The notes beneath the pieces were generated by a model, which saw only the letters and a program-made list of their open reading frames with translations, made no database searches and was not told where the DNA came from. A stretch of DNA of 63,523 bases, filler included, from Welwitschia mirabilis (taxonomy: Eukaryota): the NCBI GenBank assembly GCA_051453625.1. It is 11 parts of one record of this genome, joined end to end, with 100 filler letters (N's around TTAATTAATTAA, not from the genome) between each part and the next. Parts side by side here need not be neighbours in the genome. Positions count along the whole stretch, not along the records: positions 54,726 to 57,707 come from JBOZIK010000001.1; positions 57,808 to 59,218 come from JBOZIK010000001.1; positions 59,319 to 62,206 come from JBOZIK010000001.1; positions 62,307 to 63,523 come from JBOZIK010000001.1; 7 more parts are not named here. One strand, given 5' to 3'. Positions within the stretch are counted from its first letter, which is position 1. Every line of letters starts with the position of its first letter. Below, piece after piece: positions 54,626-63,523 of this stretch. The position numbers and the translations under genes are program-made.

Positions 54626-54725
54626 NNNNNNNNNNNNNNNNNNNNNNNNNNNNNNNNNNNNNNNNNNNNTTAATTAATTAANNNNNNNNNNNNNNNNNNN
54701 NNNNNNNNNNNNNNNNNNNNNNNNN
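54626..54725. other. Artificial scaffold linker
   Basis: 44 N + TTAATTAATTAA + 44 N. Confidence 0.97.
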
Positions 54726-57707
54726 CTAGATGAGGGTTTTGGACAAGTTTGACTTACTTCAACTAAAACTTCTAATATCTTCCAAGCATCTTTTGAAGTT
54801 TGATTTAAGAAGTTTCCTCCATAAGAGAAATCTACAAGTTACTTAGTTTAACTTTTTATCCTGCTATAGAAATAGTATATTAATTCTACTTCAGAAAAGA
54901 CATCTACAGGGTTTGAGTGTAAAGCCACAAAGAATCTCTTGTAAGTAGAGGCATAATCTTCATTAGGCAGTCGTTGGAAGTTTGTAACTTCTTTCTTTTG
55001 ATAAAGGCTTTTTGAACTTGATTCCAAGACTTTAAATTCTTATCAAGTATCATTATAAGCCAAATTTTATCCTTATCTCGTAATGTAATGGAAAAAATAA
55101 CCATGTAGGTTCTATCAGTTATGAACTTTTTACCATTTCCGTAAGTAAGAAGGAGTTGTTTAATTTCAGTGATGTGTTGTAGGGGGTCTTTATCAGGTTC
55201 TTCTCAAAAGGTAGGATAAGTATTTAAGTTTTTAAGTTCCACATCATTACCAAAAGCTAAGTTGAAAGGGTTTTGAATTTCAAGTCATTTATTCACTATG
55301 AGATCTCTCAGAGTCGCACGATGAGTAGGAGTAATGGTTTCAATAATAGGGGTTGGATTCAGCGAGATAGGTTATTTTTGATGAGAGGTCAATATGATAT
55401 TAGATTTTTCAAAATTAAAATAAGATTCTTTTGAAGAATTAAAATCAGAAATTTTAGAAAATTCTAAAGTCTGCGTACCTGGGCTATTTTGATTTTCAAT
55501 TTCAAAATTTAGTAAACCTTCTCAGATATTTTCTGTAATGAATTGTCTCTCTCTCTCTCTCTCTCTGGTATTTTTCACCTTTTCCTATTTTCACCATTCA
55601 GTTTTAGGGCTAAATCATCATCCTGCATATCATCCGGACGATNNNNNNNNNNNNNNNNNNNNNNNNNNNNNNNNNNNNNNNNNNNNNNNNNNNNNNNAAA
55701 GGGAACAATCATTCGACTATGATGTCTAGACCATAAAGGGGACGTTAGTGATTAGTAAAAAGTTAAAACTAAAATAAAATACTTACAGAGTACTAATAAA
55801 CCATTGTTGCAGCAAATATCTGAAATATCTATTAAAGCAATAACAACTCTCAATTTCCAAGCAGCCTTCCCCAGCAGCGGTGCCAATTTATTGCGGTGCG
55901 TATTTATGTAATGTTTCATGCTTTGATNNNNNNNNNNNNNNNNNNNNNNNNNNNNNNNNNNNNNNNNNNNNNNNNNNNNNNNNNNNNNNNNNNNNNNNNN
56001 NNNNNNNNNNNNNNNNNNNNNNNNNNNNNNNNNNNNNNNNNNNNNNNNNNNNNNNNNNNNNNNNNNNNNNNNNNNNNNNNNNNNNNNNNNNNNNNNNNNN
56101 NNNNNNNNNNNNNNNNNNNNNNNNNNNNNNNNNNNNNNNNNNNNNNNNNNNNNNNNNNNNNNNNNNNNNNNNNNNNNNNNCCCTCATAATCTATATAATT
56201 AAAGAAACTTGTCACGAATCTTAAACAACATAAACTATGAGGGATAAGTTCCTGCAAATATTGAATAAAAAGGATAAATCATATTAAAAGCATAAAAAGC
56301 ATTTGTATGACAAAGTACTCGTTCCTCAATGGAGGATACACCACTCAACACCAAGGTAACATCTCTCTAGATTATAAGATGGTTCTCCTATTACAAGAAT
56401 GTCAGGTATTGTCGAAGATGATTAGGGATCGAGGGGAAGATCTTTATTTATAGACAAAAAAGAAAGGAAAACTAATAGAGAAGTAAAGGAGAAACCCTAG
56501 CTGACATGTAAAGTAAAGTCACAAAGAAGGGGCAACAACTCAGGAATATATTTGATAAAACTATGGGAAAATATTGTCATCTTGATGGTTATCCAGATGG
56601 AGGAGGAGATGATGGGGTTGATAATTGGAACTCTGGTTTTGTTTTAGTTTATCTGCCTATCAGACTGCATGTGAAGTACTGTTGACTAGTCTGGATATAT
56701 TATCCACTAATGTTCTCTAGACGATGAGAAGAATGATGATGTTTGGTAGAAGAATCTTTAGTTCAACTGCAAGTTATCTAAATGTTGACTTTGCTATTAT
56801 CCTATTTGAAGTTGTTGTCCTAAATGTCATGGGAATCACAGAGGAAATGATAGTCATTTCTTGATCTTTAGTTAGTGTAATTGCTTTGTTATCACAAGAA
56901 TCATAATCCAAAATGATACTTATTATATATGCATGAAATTCTTGTGAATTATCTGATAATTGCATTTTTTCATCTTGTTCTCCTTGATTCTTGATTGTTA
57001 TAGGAAGTAACCATTTATCTATTAGTTTATCTGCAAAATAACTCATAATACCATATCAAATACACATAAGTTGGTAGTGCAACATAGCCCTCCACTTAGC
57101 CTTGTTAGTCCCTAATAAAATCAAGCAATAAACTATATTTTTGAGTCAACTTTTAAACAATAAAAATAGCTAGGATATCTGAAGAGGGTAAAAATTCAAA
57201 TCCAGAATAAAATACCTATAGAGCATTAGAAGTTTGTCGTCTGATTTGTCATCCAGATGATAATGGGGATGACAAGCTCCTCAAAAAATTTTCAGGGTTT
57301 AGAACCTGTGACAAAAATTAGATTTTGCATTAGTATTTATAATTAGATCCTCACTATAATAAACTATCAAATAAAAAGATGAGCATTATGTAAAAATTAA
57401 GGAGGATTTGCAATCATGTATTTTCATAATCGAAAAAATTTGTATTAGAAATATGCAATACTAATAATATATGTGTATTCTGTCCCCCACTTAAAATGTA
57501 CAATGCACCTCGAATTTCCTAGACTAACAAAAAACGAAAAATGCAAAAATAATGGGAATGAAAACTACTAAATGAATAAAGTCCTAAGAAAAGAAGAAAA
57601 TGTGGAAATGAGTAGAAAATAGTAGACATAAAATCAGAAGAAAAGCAGAGGAGAAATAGACATAAGGAACAAGAAGAAGAATATTTACCTATTATAAGTA
57701 CTAACGT
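54726..57707 (-). mobile_element. Athila-type segment: 3' UTR, PPT, LTR, PBS, leader, gag
   Basis: PPT region (minus GGGACTAACAAGGCTAAGTGGAGGGCTA) at 57085-57113, LTR 55889-57084, PBS 55868-55885, gag VIFSITLRDKDKIWL...KSWNQVQKAFIK (~55000-55104). Confidence 0.85.
55868..55885 (-). promoter_or_regulatory. tRNA-Asp PBS
   Basis: Minus TGGCACCGCTGCTGGGGA versus consensus TGGCGCCGTTGCCGGGGA. Confidence 0.85.
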
Positions 57708-57807
57708 NNNNNNNNNNNNNNNNNNNNNNNNNNNNNNNNNNNNNNNNNNNNTTAATTAATTAANNNNNNNNNNNNNNNNNNNNNNNNNNNNNNNNNNNNN
57801 NNNNNNN
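57708..57807. other. Artificial scaffold linker
   Basis: 44 N + TTAATTAATTAA + 44 N. Confidence 0.97.
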
Positions 57808-59218
57808 AATAACTTAGATAGGAAAAAAATGCTTCTACTATGTTCACAGTTGCATCTAAAATTCCTTATGTCATTTCAATCATTTTCTATGTGTGCACAT
57901 CATTTTTCACCCATTATTTTTATGATTATTATTTTACAATTTGCTTTAGGTTTAGATGGTTTTGTAAAGATAGGCCTGATTTTATATCATCCTCCAATCC
58001 TAAATCATTTCTTTATTCTTTTTCAACTACATCAAAGACTCGTATTAAACATCATTTCTTTTCAAATTGACATTTCATTAATCTAGTTCTAGTGTCTATA
58101 ATACAATGTGCAGTTGTGCAGAAAGCTCTACCTAGAAGTAGGGGATATCCATTTTGATGCTCAACTGCTAAAACAACTACATCTTTAGGGTAGAAATATT
58201 TTTTGATCTAAATAACCAAGTCCTTTATCACATCTAAGGGTTTCTTGATAGATGAATCAGCTAACTCCAAGACAATTGGTGTAGGTTCTATTCTCTCTTA
58301 AACTTTTACAAATGTGCAAGGGCATGATATTAACATGGGCTCCTATATCTGTCAAGGCTTTCTTAATTCTTCAATTTTTCTCTAAAGTGATACTAACAAT
58401 TGCTACCCATGAATCTTTAAATTTTGGATACTCTTTGAAAACTAGATTGCTAAGGGATTGAGCTAGGAAGACTTTACTAGGGATAGTTCATTTTTATTTT
58501 CTTCTGATTAGGTCTTTTCATAGCTTAGAGTATTTGGGGTTTTCTTNNNNNNNNNNNNNNNNNNNNNNNNNNNNNNNNNNNNNNNNNNNNNNNNNNNNNN
58601 NNNNNNNNNNNNNNNNNNNNNNNNCATCAAGCCTATTAAGCCATGGGGTAGTAGGTTTTTTTTTAGATTGATTTTTCTTTTTATTGCTAAGTAAAAAAGG
58701 GAAGGAATAATTTTCTAAAATTTCTATATCTTCTTCATCATCGTTCTTGTCATTTTGGGAAGTTGAAGCCTTATGAGTAGGGGGAGTTGTATCATTTCCA
58801 CTTCTTATCATCATCTTACAACCTTTTCATACTTTGTTAGGATTTAGTAAAGGTTGAGTAACAAAGATCCCTTATGGTCTTTGGTTAGTAAGCATGGTTT
58901 GTTACAAGATGTTCATAGGATTTTCTATATTTGCATTTGCCTTTTCTTGAGTTTTTCTCAACTTCTCAATGGAATTCTTGAGAGGATCACTATGGTTCTG
59001 AGAGTTGAAAGGGTTTGCCAAGTTATTTTGATAGTTGGATTGAAAGTTTTGATGATCAAATCTATTTCGATAAGGTTGGGAGTTAGGATGATGTATTTGA
59101 AAATTATTAGGTTGTTCATTCATCCTATGTTAAAAATTTTGATTAGGGACTTGTCTCTAGTTATAGTTTTAAGTGTAGTTAGAGGGTCCTTGGTTCAAAG
59201 CATGAACTTCTTCATAAA
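57808..59218 (-). mobile_element. Athila-type gag C-terminus and aspartic protease fragment
   Basis: N/Q-rich spacer, MIRSGND, KKALTDIGAHVNIMP (~58320-58365), LLLGRAFCT. Homologous to 40455-41646. Confidence 0.85.
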
Positions 59219-59318
59219 NNNNNNNNNNNNNNNNNNNNNNNNNNNNNNNNNNNNNNNNNNNNTTAATTAATTAANNNNNNNNNNNNNNNNNNNNNNNNNN
59301 NNNNNNNNNNNNNNNNNN
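59219..59318. other. Artificial scaffold linker
   Basis: 44 N + TTAATTAATTAA + 44 N. Confidence 0.97.
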
Positions 59319-61960
59319 ACATGCTTGATAAAATACAAATACATGCTTTTTATTATTTTCTTGATGGACATCGTAGTTACAATCAAGTTTGTATTACTAG
59401 TGAGGATTAGGTTAAAACTACTTTTACTTCACCTTTTGGTACTTTTCCTTTAGATACATTTCTTTTGGACTTTATAATGCTCCTGGTACTTTTCAAAATG
59501 TATGATGGGTATTTTTCTAATAAGTTATAAGATTCAATACAAATGTTTATGAATGACTTCTCTNNNNNNNNNNNNNNNNNNNNNNNNNNNNNNNNNNNNN
59601 NNNNNNNNNNNNNNNNNNNNNNNNNNNNNNNNNNNNNNNNNNNNNNNNNNNNNNNNNNNNNNNCAATACAAATGTTTATGAATGACTTCTCTATCTATAC
59701 TGAAAATTTTAAAAAAAACTCATAAAGATTAGAGAAAGTCTTTAATAGATGCATTTCTAGTGGTCTATATTTGAGTTGGAAATAAAGTTTATTTTTAGTT
59801 GAGAGTGGAATTATTTTAGATCACCATGTTTCAAAAAAAAAAAGGATTGGAATGGACTTGAAAAGGTTAGTATCATTTAAAATCTAATTCTCTAATCAAA
59901 GTAAAATAATTTTAATCCTTNNNNNNNNNNNNNNNNNNNNNNNNNNNNNNNNNNNNNNNNNNNNNNNNNNNNNNNNNNNNNNNNNNNNNNNNNNNNNNNN
60001 NNNNNNNNNNNNNNNNNNNNNNNNNNNNNNNNNNNNNNNNNNNNNNNNNNNNNNNNNNNNNNNNNNNNNNNNNNNNNNNNNNNNNNNNNNNNNNNNNNNN
60101 NNNNNNNNNNNNNNNNNNNNNNNNNNNNNNNNNNNNNNNNNNNNNNNNNNNNNNNNNNNNNNNNNNNNNNNNNNNNNNNNNNNNNNNNNNNNNNNNNNNN
60201 NNNNNNNNNNNNNNNNNNNNNNNNNNNNNNNNNNNNNNNNNNNNNNNNNNNNNNNNNNNNNNNNNNNNNNNNNNNNNNNNNNNNNNNNNNNNNNNNNNNN
60301 NNNNNNNNNNNNNNNNNNNNNNNNNNNNNNNNNNNNNNNNNNNNNNNNNNNNNNNNNNNNNNNNNNNNNNNNNNNNNNNNNNNNNNNNNNNNNNNNNNNN
60401 NNNNNNNNNNNNNNNNNNNNNNNNNNNNNNNNNNNNNNNNNNNNNNNNNNNNNNNNNNNNNNNNNNNNNNNNNNNNNNNNNNNNNNNNNNNNNNNNNNNN
60501 NNNNNNNNNNNNNNNNNNNNNNNNNNNNNNNNNNNNNNNNNNNTACTTTATTACCATGAAAACATCACAATATTGGACTTATAATTAAAAACAATCTTGG
60601 ACATATAATTAAAAAAAATCTTTTCTCTATAGAACAGGCAAATATAAATAAATAGAGCCACATCTTTATTATGGTGTAAATACCAAATTATGTGAAAATG
60701 TATGCCTCATTGGGAAAATTCTAATATCCTTCATTTCTATCATGGTGAAATTTATGAAGGTCATTTTAGTATACAGAAAATGGCTATGAAAATTCTTCAT
60801 TTTAGTTTTTATTNNNNNNNNNNNNNNNNNNNNNNNNNNNNNNNNNNNNNNNNNNNNNNNNNNNNNNNNNNNNNNNNNNNNNNNNNNNNNNNNNNNNNNN
60901 NNNNNNNNNNNNNTATACTCTTTTCAAAAATTATTTTAATTTTGCTAGAAGTTTGATCCTTATCAGCATTATGGTAGTTTTATTCATGTCCAAAAGATTC
61001 CCCTTAGACTTATTCTTGAATATTAACCTTTTGATTGTTGGATAATTAATTTTATAGTTCCTATTCACTCACCTTCTAATAATAATAATTATGTTTTAGT
61101 GGCTATCGATTATATTTTTAAATGGATTAAAGATATTCTTACTTTCTTTGAATGATGTCCAAACTATTTGTACTTTTCTTAAAACTTAGATTTTCCAATG
61201 ATTTAGTTTCTCTAGGATTATCATTAGTGANNNNNNNNNNNNNNNNNNNNNNNNNNNNNNNNNNNNNNNNNNNNNNNNNNNNNNNNNNNNNNNNNNNNNN
61301 NNNNNNNNNNNNNNNNNNNNNNNNNNNNNNNNNNNNNNNNNNNNNNNNNNNNNNNNNNNNNNNNNNNNNNNNNNNNNNNNNNNNNNNNNNNNNNNNNNNN
61401 NNNNNNNNNNNNNNNNNNNNNNNNNNNNNNNNNNNNNNNNNNNNNNNNNNNNNNNNNNNNCTTTTTATCTTATGAACTTATGTATGGAAAATTTTGTATT
61501 TTACTAGTTGATGTATGTTATAGCTCTTATTGTGCTTCTTATTAACTTAATCTCATAGACCTTTATGAGAATCTTAAACATAGATTAGCCCAATTAGATC
61601 ATCTTGATTAAAAATCTACTTGTGTTATACATCATCAATTAATTCATAAAGTCCAAGCTAAGTTTAAACATGATAGACAACTACTTTATAAAAAGTTTGA
61701 ATCAAGTTAAGTTATCCTTTTGTACAATACTAAAGTACATATTTTAAATAACGAGTTGACCTCCAAATGGTTAGGTCCTTATCTTATGGAGAAACTACAT
61801 TCTAATGGATCGATTGAGATTTTTGATTGATAGACTAAGAAGATTTAGAAATTTAATGGACAAAGGTTAAAACCACACGAAGAATCTTTTAATGCAACTT
61901 TGAATATAATAGAACCACTTATTTTGGAGGTTTCCCTTAATGAGAAGGACTTCCATCCTA
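59319..61960 (+). pseudogene. Athila-type pol (RT to integrase), disrupted
   Basis: HAFYYFLDGHRSYNQV...KTTFTSPFGTF, FGLYNAPGTFQ, FMNDFS (cf. FMDDFS), ILHFYHGEIYEGHF, YVLVAIDYIFKWI, LTSKWLGPY, FNGQRLKPH. Confidence 0.9.
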
Positions 61961-62206
61961 TCATTATCTAAATCGTTTTTAGCTTATTCCTTTGGTGGAT
62001 GTTATGATATGATATGATCATCTTTTAAAATTGACTTATGTATTGTTTTATGAATTTTTCATAACTAGTATACATACTTGGGCATTTTATAAGTGATAAA
62101 ATTGGATTCATCCAATCTTAAGACATTCCCCATATCCATAAACTTCACTTTAAAGGAAGATGTCTTAGTTCTTTTGCTTTTTTTTAATGATGTAAGGTCT
62201 TTGGTT

Positions 62207-62306
62207 NNNNNNNNNNNNNNNNNNNNNNNNNNNNNNNNNNNNNNNNNNNNTTAATTAATTAANNNNNNNNNNNNNNNNNNNNNNNNNNNNNNNNNNNNNN
62301 NNNNNN
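62207..62306. other. Artificial scaffold linker
   Basis: 44 N + TTAATTAATTAA + 44 N. Confidence 0.97.
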
Positions 62307-63012
62307 GACCATTGTCCTTTATGTCGTTCTCATGATAGGCAGGATGATAATTACTGATGTGGAATACTGAATCACTTCTGAGTCATCATTTTGAGTCATC
62401 ATTTATAATGTGCTATCATCCCCATTATCATCTAGACGATAGTCTAGATGATACTTACCAACTCTAATAATGACTTTTGATCATTTTATCTATTTTATTT
62501 ATGAGCTCATCTAACCACACCTACCATTTGTCTTTTTTTTACTGTGAGTTGTTATAAATAGGAGATAGAAGGGTAAAATATCCATCTTGAGCATTGTAGA
62601 AAGACGTATACTTGGTAAAGGATTGTGCATCCTTCATTGAAACCCGACTATTTTGTAACTAAGATGCTTGTTACTCTTTCTTAATGTAAATCTTATTTTA
62701 TTTTGTTTTCATATTTGCATGTTAGTTTCTTTAATAACCCTTATAGCCTATGTTACCCTTGATCTCGTGATAATTTTTTAGATGATATAGATTATCAAGG
62801 ACAGCCTTTGTTAAGGTTAAAGACAAGTAGTGTTAGTTCATTTTACATTTCATCTAGATTAGTTGCATCTTACATTTGCATTGCATCTTTTATTTCTTGC
62901 ATTATTATTTATTTCTGGTTCTTAGTATTCTTTTATAAAGCCACCTAAGTCTCATCTCTTAGACTTCAATGTGAATACAACATTTTAGATCTACTCCCAT
63001 TCTAACGTAGCA
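62307..63012 (+). repeat. Athila-type LTR fragment
   Basis: TCATCTAGACGA palindromes, TATAAATAG at ~62553, and U5-like text similar to 22750-23100. Confidence 0.7.
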
Positions 63013-63523
63013 TGAAAAAAGTTGAAAGAAAAACCCTTAAAAAGGGAGAGAAATATAAATAACTTCTATTTCAAAAATTGTATCTACAATAGTACATAAC
63101 TTACTTATTTATAAGACATAAGTTCTTTTAATAGAAATCCCTAAATAATGTGGGATTAGAAAAAAACAGGGAAGTAATAATAAATGCTGAAATATAAAGA
63201 TGAGGGTTACATCACTCCACCCACCTCTTATTATTATGAAAATAACAGTAATGGCTAAATATAAAGATGGGGGTTACATCACTCTATAAAGTATAATAAA
63301 TGCTAAAAAATAAAGATGGAAGTTACACCACTCCACCCCTCTTAACTAGGATTGACCTCATCCATGAGTTCACATGTGGTATGTTCCATATCAGTTCCCT
63401 CCACTTGAAGAAAACTCATCCTTGAGTTGGGCCAAGGGTTAGGGTACATCAGATTATGAGATGCATAAAATGGTAATAAATTAGCTACGTTAAAGGTATT
63501 AGAAATCCCCATACTCATTGGAA
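63013..63523 (-). mobile_element. CRM-like chromovirus 3' end: integrase C-terminus, PPT and short 3' LTR
   Basis: Open minus frame 63521-63342: PMSMGISNTFNVANLLPFY...NSRMSFLQVEGTDME...*. Then AGAGGGGTGGAGTGG and TGTAAC at 63327. Minus TATAAATA at ~63110. Confidence 0.75.

Noticed and set aside
9362-59692. Near-identical direct repeats flanking 100-N gaps (9403, 16951, 36698, 38643, 42553, 47103, 53418, 53772, 59564)
   Set aside because: This is the pattern of unmerged overlapping contig ends or alleles, not real tandem duplication.
8175-61475. Long ORFs in the track made mostly of X (e.g. 8175-9167, 10999-12015, 18473-19353, 59892-60557)
   Set aside because: They are read-through of N gaps.
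5376-62262. Recurrent TTAATTAATTAA as a CRISPR-like or regulatory repeat
   Set aside because: Always centred in exactly 44+44 N, so it is a synthetic spacer.

Overview
Very AT-rich plant (probably angiosperm) nuclear DNA from a fragmented draft assembly. The window is not one locus. Ten identical artificial linkers (44 N + TTAATTAATTAA + 44 N) join 11 separate scaffolds, and many 100-N gaps have duplicated flanks. Most recognisable sequence is decayed LTR retrotransposon. Ty1/copia: two Sirevirus-type elements, one Bianca-type element and one further copia. Ty3/gypsy: many Athila-type pieces (LTRs, tRNA-Asp PBS, PPT, gag, protease, RT, integrase) and a CRM-like chromovirus 3' end. All carry heavy C>T/G>A decay. 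There is also an unclassified ~1.1 kb repeat in three copies, mini/microsatellites, and one host-like ORF (32006-32335) resembling the small YfiM/VanZ-like membrane proteins. I found no convincing new multi-gene system. The best leads are the YfiM-like ORF, a Sirevirus with an in-frame deletion of integrase-RT that keeps an env-like ORF with an apparent internal promoter, an Athila LTR flanked by both a PPT and a PBS, a TSD-bounded nested Athila, and triplicated PPT/LTR-start units. Lineage calls come from motif recall, not database searches, and most boundaries are approximate.
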